DNA from: Eukaryota sp. TZLM1-RC
Lineage: Eukaryota; Protista; Metamonada: BaSk clade
NCBI GenBank assembly: GCA_040285825.1
Contig: JAUPSS010000004.1
Span: 4,741,784 to 4,805,783 of the forward strand
Direction: 5' to 3'
Length of the DNA: 64,000 nucleotides
The stretch's first letter is position 1; each line of letters begins with the position of its first letter. Under the pieces are notes generated by a model. That model did not search any database. It had not been told where the DNA came from and saw only the letters and a program-made list of their open reading frames with translations. Positions 9,780-21,190 of this stretch are shown piece by piece. The position numbers and the translations under genes are program-made.

Positions 9780-12420
9780 ATTCTGGAGTTAAAGCACCCA
9801 ACAATCAAAATACAATAGATAAACTCAAAATACTTCATCCTTTGGAAGACCCTATAATGGATCAAAATTTTTACGGTTTTTACTGGAAAAATTATTCATT
9901 GGTGCCATCAGAAGTATTCTCGGTGATAAAAAAGAGACCACGCGGTAAGTCTGCCGGACTTTCTGGTATTACTATTGATCATGTAAAAGCCGCAATTATT
10001 TCTTCAGAGGATTGTCTTCGTTTATTAAGCAGATTTTTCAACAAAATAATGACTGGTCATCTCAGTTATCCAGATGAATTAAGAAGTTCTCCTTTGACTG
10101 CACTTGTCAAAAATTCAAAAATGGATGTTCGTCCTATTGCAGTCTCTGAGAGCTTACAAAATATTTTTTCTGCGTGTTGCTTGAGCAGGTTTAATGAGAA
10201 AGCAATAAAGATTTTATTACCCTTTCAATGTGGAATTAATACCACTGATGGAATCTCTTCAGCGATATTTGCTACTGATGTATTATTTCGCCAAAATGAA
10301 TCCAATGTTTGTATGTCATTGGATTTTAGTAATGCATTCAATTCACTCAGTCGTCGCAGTATCCATGGTGCTTCATTGCAATATATGCCTGAATAAATGC
10401 CGTATTTTCAATCAACATATAGCACATATTCTAATTTACATTTTGATAATTGCATTTTGAGTTCATCAAGTGGTGTAAAGCAAGGAGATCCGTTAGGACC
10501 TCTTTTGTTTTGTTTGGCGATTCATCCAATTTTATTGCAAATTCAGGAGATGTTTCCTTCGCTAAAAATGATTGCATATATGGATGATGTTGTGCTTATT
10601 GGTAATTTAAATAATGTGAAACAAGCAACTGTATGTTTTAAATAATTATTTACCAAAATTGGTCTCCGACTTAATTTACTTAAATGTGTTTTGTTATCGA
10701 ATTCTCCAGTTTCCACAATAGTTGATGGTATTGAAATTCAAGCCAAATTATATTCAATTGATGCTATTCGTCATTTAAGGTTCGTTTTTAGGAAATAATG
10801 ATGAAATTACCAACAAATTGTTTGAAAAGTTGAACTCAATTTCCGACAAAATTGACCGAATGATGAATTTAGATATACAAAAACACATCAAATTTACCAT
10901 TATCAAACTGTGTTTTAGTTCCAACTTCAATCATATATTTCGATCTACAAATCCTCTCGTCACTAGGCCTTTGGCTCAGAAGTTTAATGAATTACGTGCA
11001 AAAGTTCAGTCACAATTACTGGGATGTAAAGTGTTCCAAATTCCAAACCATGCTTACCTTAGTCCACATTATGGCGGTTTAGGGTGGACGAAGGCTTCTA
11101 TTCTTACCTCGTGTGCTTTTGTTGGTGGATGCAGAAATGCAATTTTTATGTTTTCTGAAAGATTTGCAGATTGGGAAGATTTATTGATGACAACACAAAG
11201 TACCACTGTTTTTGCAATAAATGAAGAAATTTCAAAAATTGATGTAAAAAAATGGAGTCGGTGGTTTCCCCATTCATTCAATGGCAATATTTTAGAAAAG
11301 AATGTTTTAAATTTGAAGTACACTCTTCGAACATTACAGAAACGAATGACTGGAATGTATGAAAATGATCTTTAAAATAATATATGCAGCTCAGCTGTTT
11401 TAAATCAAGTTCTTCACTCATTGTTATTGGAAAAGGGTGTTTGTGAAAGTAAGTCATCAGATTCTTCACTTTTTGTAACCATTGTACCACGAAGATTTGG
11501 ATTGTGTGCCACTAATGAAGCATTTGCAAAAACATGAGATTATATTTGAATATCCCCATTAATGTTGTTGTTGAACTCAAATTGAAATAGTAGGTTTCTT
11601 TGTATTTCGACTGATGACGTGATACTCATTTATGAATCAGTTTTATTAATAAACTACAGATTTCTCTCTCTCCTTCGTGTGTTCATCTGCCTAACGGCAT
11701 CATTAATCAATTATTATCAAAAGAAGAATGTATTTGTTCGAATTCACCTCAACTCACTTTGCGCCATGCTCTGAATTGCTCTAAATTGATTACTTATCGT
11801 TCTTCATTACATGATGCTGTCAGAGACACTGTTTTCAATATGGCGCAAACTGCAAGAATATCGTGTATCAAAGAGCCTCTGCTGAAGGAAACTCTTTCTC
11901 TGAATAATTTTGGTTCTGATGATAGAGGTGATGTATACTGTGATTGGATTGATAATTCTGAAGCTATTGTTGACTTTGTCTCATGTAATGTTGCAAATGA
12001 TACTTTGGTTCACAGACGAAAACTTAATCCTGTGACTGCTCTTGATTTTAAAGCAAAAGAGAAACATAGAAAATATGATAAAGATATTGAAGAGGCTAAT
12101 GCCAATAGAAATTCACAGCTGGTTTTTATTGCTTTCCCATTTTCGACAAATGGAAGATTATCAGATGATGCAGAAACTGTTTTGAATGACTTCCAAAAAA
12201 ATGGTGCAAGAAAAAACAATGAAAAGATTGGATATTCTTTTATGGCGATCTCGGATTCAATTTGCCATTATTAATAGATTACCTCGGTTTTTCAATCGAA
12301 TAAGAGAAGCGTTAGCTAGACATCAAGCAGGTCAAGATTTTGTGGAGGAAATCTTGGTTCAATGATAGTCGTCCCATTAGTTATGAGTTAATTTAATTAA
12401 GTGTGCAAATTCAATAAATA
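9780..12420 (+). mobile_element. CRE-A non-LTR retrotransposon, longest copy (RT + zinc knuckle + RLE), disabled, carrying a solo LTR
   Basis: KSAGLSG, RPIAV, LDFSNAFNS, GVKQGDPLGPLLF, AYMDD (RT); CIC...HALNC, HDAVRD, EP, RGDVY, KEKHRKY, FPFS.NG (RLE). Several stops and frameshifts. Confidence 0.92.
11563..11702 (+). mobile_element. Solo LTR (140 bp, TGTTG...CATCA) with TTAA target-site duplication
   Basis: Other CRE-A copies read CCCCATTAATCAA at this site. Here TTAA (11559-11562 and 11703-11706) flanks a TG...CA insert containing AATAAA. Confidence 0.85.
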
Positions 12421-12455
12421 TACCATATTATAAAACAACAATATGTACAACTTTA

Positions 12456-13182
12456 TTACTGTCTTGATAACGAGACCATGCTCAACTCTAAGGAATTGGT
12501 ACGTTCTATAAACTCCTTGGCGATCTTTGCTACATCTTTCAAAAACGATTCCTCAGTGGTTTCTCCATGAGGAACAGGTCTGCTTTTCCTTCCATCAAAC
12601 TCATACATTCTACCATTGACATTCACAAATGTGATAAAGTGGAGATAAACGGGCTCATTTTTGAGTTGCTCCTGTGAAGGTGGGGTGGTTTGACCACTCT
12701 CACCACTTTCTTGGTGGAATTTTGCCAGAGTTTGATCCTCATTGAGATAAACAGCACGTTCGTGAGGACTCTTGTCCGTAGTTTCACTCAAAAACTTAGC
12801 AAACCACGACTCTGCAGGTAATTGCTCTACAATATCCGAATTATTGAGTACTGCGTGAATAATTGCATATGTCCTGGGGTGAGAATACTAAAAATAACAA
12901 AAAAACATACCCACACGCATTGGGTATATCTTGGATGGCAAAGAAGAGATCGTTGTTTGGGGCTACCGTAGATAATTGTTCCTCCTCCTCCTTGTTGTAC
13001 TGCTCGATCTTGTCTGTAATTGGGAAGAGAAAGATAGCTGCTTTAACTGGTTGTGGTACCATAGCCAGTAGCTCATCATCCAGGCCAAAGATATCTTCAA
13101 ATTGATATTGAGATGGAAGACCAAGACGCTGTGCAAAGCTGGTTAAGACAGAAGGATTTGATTCAAGTGGAATCCAAGACAT
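12456..13182 (-). CDS. UCHL3: Ubiquitin C-terminal hydrolase (UCH-L3/Yuh1), two exons; intron 12874-12910 (37 nt)
   Basis: WIPLESNP, QDIPNACG/TYAIIHA after splicing GTATGT...CAG, HFITFV...YEFDGRK. Confidence 0.93.
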
Positions 13183-13243
13183 TGAAAGTAAAAAATCAAG
13201 GAACCAATTCCCAGAAATAGATATTGTAGCATATATAAACTCA

Positions 13244-14680
13244 ATTTATTGAATTTGCACACTTGATTAAATTAAATCATAACTAATGGGACGACTATCA
13301 TTAAACCAAGATTTCCTCTACAAAATCTTGATTTGCTTGCTGTTTAGCTAAAGCTTCTCTAATTCGATTGAAAAACCGCGGTAATCTATTAATAATGGCA
13401 AATTGAATCCGTGAACGCCATAAAAAAATATCAAATCTTTTCATTGTTTTTTCTTTCACCATTTTTTGGAAGTCATCCAAAAAAATTTCTGCTTCAACTG
13501 ATAATCTTCCATTTATCGAAAATGGGAAAGCAATAAAAACCAGCTGTGTATTTCTATCGACATTTGCATCTTCAATTTCTTTATCATATTTTCTATGTTT
13601 TTCTTTTGCTTTAAAATCCAGAGCAGCCACAGGATTAAGTTTTCTTCTGTGAACCAAAGTATCGTTTGCAACATTACATGAGACAAAGTCAACAATAGCT
13701 TCAGAATTATCAATCCAATCACAGTATACATCACCTCTATCATCAGAACCAAAATTATTCAGAGAAAGTGTTTCTTTCAGCAGGGGCTCTTTGATACACG
13801 ATATCCTTGCAGTTTGTGCCATATTGAAAACAGTGTCTCTAACAGCATCATGTAATGAAGAACGATAAGTTATCAATTTAGAACAATTTAGAGCATGGCG
13901 CAAAGTGAGTTGAGGTGAATTCGAACAAATACATTTTTCTTTTGATAATAATTGGTTAATGGGGATGTTCAAATATAATCTCATTTTTGTTACAAATGGT
14001 TCATTAGTGGCACACAATCCAAATCTTCGTGGTACAATGGTTACAAAAAGTGAAGAATCTGACGCCTTGTTTTCACAAACACCCTTTTCCAATAACAATG
14101 AGTGAAGATCTTGATTTAAAACAGCCGAGCTGCAAATATTATTATAAAGATCTTTTTCATACATTCCAGTCAATCTTTTCTGTAATGTTCGAAGAGTGTA
14201 CTTCAAATTTAAAACATTTTTTTCTGGAATATTGCCATTGAATGATTGGGGAAAACATCGACCCCATTTTTCTACATCAATTCTTGAAATTTTTTCATTT
14301 AATGCAAAAACAGTGGAACTTTGCGTTGTCATCAATAAATCTTCCCAATCTGCAAATCTTTCGGAAAACTCAAAGATTGCATTTCTGCATCCACCAACAA
14401 AAGCACACGAGGTAAGAATAGAAGCCTTCGTCCACTCTAAACCGCCATAATGAGGACTAAGGTAAGCATGGTCTGGAATTTGGAACATTTTACATCCCAG
14501 TATTTGTGACAGAACTTTTGCATGTAATTCATTAAACTTCTGAGCCAAAGGCCTAGTGACAAGAGGATTTGTAGATCGAAATATATGATTGAAATTGGAA
14601 CTAAAACACAGTCTTATAATGGTAAATTTGATGTGTTTTTGTATATCTAAAATCAACATTCCGTCAATTTTGTCAGAAAT
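13244..14680 (-). mobile_element. CRE-A, 5'-truncated; open 452 aa ORF with the RLE endonuclease but no RT core
   Basis: ORF 13301-14659; near-identity to the other copies. Confidence 0.93.
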
Positions 14681-14689
14681 ACAACGGTA

Positions 14690-16460
14690 TATTTATTGAA
14701 TTTGCACACTTAATTAAATTAACTCATAACTAATGGGACGACTATCATTGAGCCAAGATTTCCTCTACAAAATCTTGATCTGCTTGCTATCTAGCTAAAG
14801 CTTCTCTTATTCGATTGAAAAACCGAGGTAATCTATTAATAATGGCAAATTGAATCCTTGAACGCCATAAAAAAATATGAAATCTTTTCATTGTTTTTTC
14901 TTGCACCATTTTTTGGAAGTCATTCAAAAAAGTTTCTGCTTCATCTGATAATCTTCCATTTATCGAAAATGGGAAAGCAATAAAAACCAGCTGTGTATTT
15001 CTATCAGCATTAGCTTTTTCGATATCTTTGTCATATTTTCTATGTATTTCTTTTGCTTTAAAATCCAGAGCAACTACCGGATTAAGTTTTCTTCTGTGAA
15101 CCAAAGTATCATTTGTAACATTACATGAGACAAAATCAACAATAGCTTCAGAATTATCAATCCAATCACAGTATACATCACCTCTATCATCAGAACCAAA
15201 ATTATTCAGAGAAAGTGTTTCCTTCAGCAGGGACTCTTTGATACACGATATCCTTGCAGTTTGTGCCATATTGAAAACAGTGTCTCTAACAGCATCATGT
15301 AATGAAGAACGATAAGTTATCAATTTAGAGCAATTCAGAGCATGGCGCAAAGTGAGTTGAGGTGAATTCGAACAAATACATTTTTCTTTTGATAATAATT
15401 GATTAATGGGGATATTAAAATATAATCTCATTTTTGTTACAAATGCTTCATTAGTGGCACACAATCCAAATCTTCGTGGTACAATGGTTACAAAAAGTGA
15501 AGAATCTGATGACTTACTTTCACAAACACCCTTTTCCAATAACAATGAGTGAATATCTTGATTTAAAACAGCCAAGCTGCATATATTACTATAAAGATCA
15601 TTTTCATACATTCCAGTCATTCGTTTCTGTAATGTTCGAAGAGTGTACTTCAAATTTAAAACATTCTTTTCTAAAATATTGCCATTGAATGAATGGGGAA
15701 ACCACCGACTCCATTTTTTTACATCAATTTTTGAAATTTCTTCATTTATTGCAAAAACAGTGGTACTTTGTGTTGTCATCAATAAATCTTCCCAATCTGC
15801 AAATCTTTCAGAAAACATAAAAATTGCATTTCTGCATCCACCAACAAAAGCACACGAGGTAAGAATAGAAGCCTTCGTCCACCCTAAACCACCATAATGT
15901 GGACTAAGGTAAGCATGATCTGGAATTTGAAACATTTTACATCCCAGTAATTGAGACAGAACTTTTGCACGTAACTCATTAAACTTTTGAGCCAAAGGTC
16001 TAGTGACGAGAGGATTTGTAGATCGAAATATATGATTAAAATTGGAACTAAAACACAGTCTTATAATGGTAAATTTGATGTGTTTTTTTATATCTAAATT
16101 CATCATTCGGTCAATTTTGTCAGAAATTGAGTTCAACTTTTCAAACAATTTTTTGGTAATTTCATCATTATTTCCTAAAAACGAACCCAAATGACGAATA
16201 GCATCAATTGAATATAATTTGGCTTGAATTTCAATATCATCAATTATTGTGGAAACTGGAGAATTCGATAACAAAACACATTTAAGTAAATTAAGTCGGA
16301 GACCAATTTTGGTAAATAATTCTTTAAAACATACAGTTGCTTTTTTTCACAATATTTAAATCACCAATAAGCACAACATCATCCATATATGCAATCATTT
16401 TTAGTGAAGGAAACATCTCTTGAATTTGCAGTAGAATAGGATGGATGGCCAAACAAAACA
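14690..16460 (-). mobile_element. CRE-A, 5'-truncated, head-to-tail with the 13244-14680 copy
   Basis: ORF 14787-16274 plus the AYMDD segment at about 16380. Confidence 0.93.
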
Positions 16461-17972
16461 TATAGCATATATGGATGACATTTCTGTAATTGCTTCCATT
16501 ACAATTCTGAAACAAATAGCAATTTTTATTCAACAGCGTTATGAAGATATTGGTCTCTCATTGAATATCTCCAAATGTTTGATTATTGGCAACGACCTAG
16601 GGTTCTTTTTAATTCTTTTTCCTAAAAATCTGTTATTCTGGAAAATTTACTCATATTTTGAGATCAACATCACCATCAATTTCTTTGGAGTTTTGTCGCA
16701 TTTTTAATGAACAAAGAACCAATTTTTTAGCAAAATTATTGGAAATTGATGCATCTCAGTTACGAAGCCACATTTTTTGTGGTACAAATTTTGGTGGTGT
16801 TGATTTTTATAAATCAAGCTACCTTTGTAAAGCTGCCTTTATTGGAGGTGGAAAAAATTTTATTTATGAATTTGTGAATCGTTTTCCTGAAAAAATTCAT
16901 CTCATTGAAAATTGTGGCAGCTCTATCTTATTTCTTTGCAACAGGAAATTGAAACACTTTCACCCAATATTTGGGCTAAATGTTTCCCCTCTGATATTGT
17001 GGAACTTCCTTCAAGAAGCTTGCTCTCCTTACCACTGACTTTTGCAAAATTGCAGAAAAAAATCTTGAAAGTTTTAGAAAACTTGGATTATATTGTACGT
17101 CTTAGCTTGGCTAAGGAAAAAAAATCCCGTTTTTGCAAACTTTTTGATTGATCTTGAAGACAGTTGTTCAAGTTGCCTAATCTCCCAAATTCCCAACATT
17201 TATGGCCTTCTACTTAATGATCACCAATGGACCACTGCAATGAGAATGAGATGTTTTCTATGGCCTTGTTCATTACCAAATGATTTAATTTGTCGCTACA
17301 AGAGTGTTGTTACGCTTTCCCATATTTTAAACTGTAAGTATTTTATAACTTATCGCTCAATTGTTCAGTACTCAGTTCGTGATCAATTATATGCCATGTG
17401 CAAAAGTTTCAATATAGAGGCATCTATTGAGCCACTAGTACGTAAGCTGTCTTCAGATCAAACGGATGATTCCTTTGGTAAAAGAAGGGCAGATTTAGTA
17501 GCTCCAGGGATCGATGGTGTTCTCAATGTTGTAGATGTTGTCTCAGATGATGTTTGCAAAAATTCTGCTGCTCGTTTAGTGTATTCCGCTGATTAGCCGT
17601 TATCTAACGCCAAAAAAAAGAAGATGAATAAATATGAAGAACATTTGGCACAGTTAGGTAGAGTGGAACATGTGAAATATCAGTTTGTGCTGTTTGCAAT
17701 TTGTCTTTTTGGCAATATTGGATCTTCAGGGTTGCACTTTTCAGAAAATTTTAAAAAAGTGTTACTGAATAGGTTTGGTAAAACAATGAACTCCACTTTC
17801 TGAATAAATAGAATTGTTGTTTGCATTTTCGAGTCTATTCCAACAATGATTTCAAAGACACTTTTAGCTATTGGTGTAGAATATGAACGTAATGCTGTGA
17901 GTAGGTTCAGTAATAATGACGCTTGTTTGGAGGATATTGCATTCTAGATGGGTATTTTTATCTCAATAAATA
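16461..17972 (+). mobile_element. Degenerate CRE-B element, 5'-truncated at the YMDD motif
   Basis: IAYMDDISV, GLSLNISKC, HILNCKYF, SVRDQLY, IEPL, RRADLV, KMNKY. Ends TCAATAAATA. Confidence 0.8.
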
Positions 17973-18084
17973 TTCCAGTTTTAGGAAAAAAAGTTTAAAT
18001 AAATAAAAAATCACTAAAGAAGTAAAAAAAATTAATGAATTAAGCTGATTCTGACAACATTGATTTATTTCAACAAAATGACAA

Positions 18085-18250
18085 AGCAACAATCTTAAAA
18101 TTCCATACATTTAACTCCCAAATCCACAAACAAGAGTTGACTGGAAGTTCTCTCTTCATAAAGTGGCTCTAGAGAAAACAAAGCAGAGAATATGGAAACA
18201 ACAGCACTAAAAAATGAAAAACCAATTCTATAATGTCAATAAACTTTATC
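18085..18250 (-). mobile_element. CRE-B 3' terminal relic
   Basis: TATGAAGAGAGAACTTCCAGTCAA...GATTTGGG resembles the ends at 24975-25030 and 31150-31200. Confidence 0.5.
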
Positions 18251-18459
18251 CATCACCCTTAATATTCTGTGTTTCACAATATCTACAAACATACAATAAA
18301 GTTGATTTTTTACTACATCATGAACTCTTGATCGAAAAGTAATAATGTTTGCAGTTACATAGATGATTTGGATTAATTTTCGATCCACATCTATAGGTCA
18401 AAATATTAGGCATGTTATCAGACAAAATACATCAACAAAGGCAAAACAATCGATAACTT

Positions 18460-18915
18460 TATCATATTTTCTATGTTTTTATTGGCTTTAAATTCAAGAG
18501 CGTTTACAGGACTAAGTTTTCTTCTATGAACCATAAAGTCATTTGCAACATTACAGGAGACAAAATCAACAATAACTTCAGAGTTATCAATCCAATCACA
18601 ATAAAGATCACCTCTATCATTAGAACCAAACTTATTTAATGATAGTGTTTTTCTAAGCAAAGGCTCTTCAATACATGAGATTCTTGCATTTCTTGCCATA
18701 ATAAAAACAGTGCTTCTGACAGCATCATGTAACGGCGAGTGATGAGTTATCAATTTGTGACATTTTAAAGCATGCTGTAAGGTGAACTGTAATGAATTAG
18801 AAGAAATATATGTGTCTTTTACTAGAAATTGGTCAGTAGGGATATTCAGATATAATCTCATTTTTGTTACAAAAGGTTCATTATAGGCACATAGCCCAAC
18901 CTTCGTGGCACAATG
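18460..18915 (-). mobile_element. Older, diverged CRE-A fragment (RLE region)
   Basis: ORF 18418-18978: LHDAVRSTVF...RGDLYCDWIDNSEVIVDFVSCNVAND. Confidence 0.85.
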
Positions 18916-19307
18916 GCGACAAATAGTGATGAATCCGATGACGTCAAATTGGATATATTTATTATGACAAATCGTCATTCAACATCAAAACAATCGTTCA
19001 TAATACATCAAATTTTGTTGTAAAATGACCGTATAGCTATAGAACTTAATAAAGGTACAACATTTGCTGATATTCACAGTCTAATAGATTTCAATTGTAC
19101 AGGAGCTTCAAAGACATAAAGAATTATTTCTTTGTTTCTGTCCTTAAATCATATTCCCTTGTTTGTGTTAATTGTGACGCTAGATCGAGTGAAGACACTT
19201 GGTGAATGCGTGGTAGATGTTTTGGAACTTGGAATGAATGTACTGATTTTAATTGAAAACTGACCTCCTCAAACAATAAATCAAATTGAAACTCACCTAT
19301 TACAGTT

Positions 19308-19943
19308 ATGACGGAAGCTTCTCCTTTTAGAAAGCTTTCAGTACGGCGTGTAGTCAATATACCACCACATGAGCTTAACGATGTACCATCCGCCATAATA
19401 CAATCCTTCAATTCTTCCATCATGAAATACAATCATAAGTACGATGGTGTCGTTCTTTCCAACACAAACATATCTTTTCCGGATGATAGTGGAGCTATAA
19501 TAGATGACTCGCCTTTCTGTCGTTTTGAAGCGACCGCAGATCTAGTTATCTTTTCTCCCTCTATTGGCTCAAAACTCTCTGGTAGCGTGGTACACGTGTC
19601 AGAAGATCATATATCAATGCTTGTGTTTGGTGTTTTCAATGCATCTATACCGAGAGATACCCTTGACACACAGTATAAGTTCCACGAGACTGATTGTTGT
19701 TGGTATCGCATAGGTCATGAAGGTTCCGAAGATCCAAAACACTATATCGCTATGGATTCAGTGTTGGAATTCGCTGTAAAAAAGGTTTACAAGGGGAATT
19801 ATTCAACTATAGCCATAATAGGTGATTTATTACAATATGAACCTCCAAAAGAAGAAAAGCCAAAAAAGGAAAAAAGGAAACGTAGATCTGATGGTTCTGA
19901 GAAGAAAAAGAAAAAATCTAGAAAAGAACGAGATATTGAATAG
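19308..19943 (+). CDS. RPA43: RNA polymerase I subunit RPA43
   Basis: IMKYNHKYDGVVLS, FSPSIGSKLSG, HISMLVFGVFNASIP and a Lys-rich tail. Confidence 0.85.
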   Translation: MTEASPFRKLSVRRVVNIPPHELNDVPSAIIQSFNSSIMKYNHKYDGVVLSNTNISFPDDSGAIIDDSPFCRFEATADLVIFSPSIGSKLSGSVVHVSEDHISMLVFGVFNASIPRDTLDTQYKFHETDCCWYRIGHEGSEDPKHYIAMDSVLEFAVKKVYKGNYSTIAIIGDLLQYEPPKEEKPKKEKRKRRSDGSEKKKKKSRKERDIE

Positions 19944-19993
19944 ACTTTATTTAAATTTGCAATTTAGTTTTCTTGTTTTTATTAAAATACAAT

Positions 19994-21076
19994 TTAGTCT
20001 GAAATATCTTCACTTTCGCTGTCTTCCACATATGCATAATCAAGTTCCACATCACTAAACTTGGGACTTTGATTCAACACCATTGACACTGATCGCATCA
20101 TGAAGCCTTCGAGTGACTCATGCTGCTCACTCCCTATAGGAGAAACATCAACAGAGAGCAGATCCTCAATTGAAGGGTTGCTTGGAGAACTAGCAGGTGG
20201 GATTTCCAAAGGAGAAGGAGAAGGACGTGCAGAAGGAACATTACGTCGATCTACCATACACTCAACAAGAACCTTGAGAAATACATCACTTGTAATACCA
20301 TTCTCTGTACAATATTTTTGACTTCTTTGCGCTACTTCTGTGTGGAGAGTGCTACTCACGTCTTTGCTGACCCAGTAGGCAACCCTGGCGATGGCATTGT
20401 TGGGAATCATGACACCACCGTCCTCTGAACTCTTAGATAAGGAGGGAGGAAGTCTGTTAATGGAGGAAGAGAGTTGGGGTGGCAGAGAGGTTCGTTTGCT
20501 TCCTGTCTTGGGACCACTGACGAGCTTCCGTATTTCTGATCTTGCATAAAGGAAAATGTGCAACAGATCTTCGCTATAGACAGAGTCTGATTCGTTCGAC
20601 CCAACCAGAAACTTTCTAAACAAATCAGCAATAGGGCTAGTTTGGGAGTGGACCTGGACAGAGTTAAAAAACTCATCCTCAAACTTGGATAATAAACTAG
20701 TAACACCAAACTTGGATTTCAGATGAGTAAAGACGAAATCAGCAAAGGGTATGGGATCAGCTCCATCATGTATTGAGTAGGAGTGGAAGCGGGAATCGTA
20801 AATCTCATTGATTAATCTGATGAGCCATCTAAGAGAACGAATTTGAGACTTGGGCTTTTGAAACTTTTTGTGCTTCTTGATGGCAAGAGAATATAATTTA
20901 CGTACAGTGTCTGCATAGGGAAAAGACACAGGAACGGTGGTTTCAATGTAATAGAGCCCTGTATTTTTGTGATAAGATTGTTGAAAGGTCGGCGTGTTGG
21001 CAAAAAGTTCTACAACAGCATGGCGATGTGCATGTGAGAAGTCTGTAAGCAAAGGGACATAGGTGCCTGGTTGCAT
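19994..21076 (-). CDS. Conserved hypothetical protein, possibly with a TSNAXIP1-like helical domain; true start may be upstream
   Basis: 360 aa ORF; LIRLINEIYDSRF...FADFVFTHLKSKFG...LFRKFL pattern. Confidence 0.55.
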   Translation of the reverse strand: MQPGTYVPLLTDFSHAHRHAVVELFANTPTFQQSYHKNTGLYYIETTVPVSFPYADTVRKLYSLAIKKHKKFQKPKSQIRSLRWLIRLINEIYDSRFHSYSIHDGADPIPFADFVFTHLKSKFGVTSLLSKFEDEFFNSVQVHSQTSPIADLFRKFLVGSNESDSVYSEDLLHIFLYARSEIRKLVSGPKTGSKRTSLPPQLSSSINRLPPSLSKSSEDGGVMIPNNAIARVAYWVSKDVSSTLHTEVAQRSQKYCTENGITSDVFLKVLVECMVDRRNVPSARPSPSPLEIPPASSPSNPSIEDLLSVDVSPIGSEQHESLEGFMMRSVSMVLNQSPKFSDVELDYAYVEDSESEDISD

Positions 21077-21190
21077 ATACCACCAAAATTAAAGGATTCA
21101 ATTTGCCTATAACATCCTCAACAACCATCTCCATTTTCACCAATTACACTACACTTTTTGCACTTCTGTACTTTCAGACAAGTATAACCG

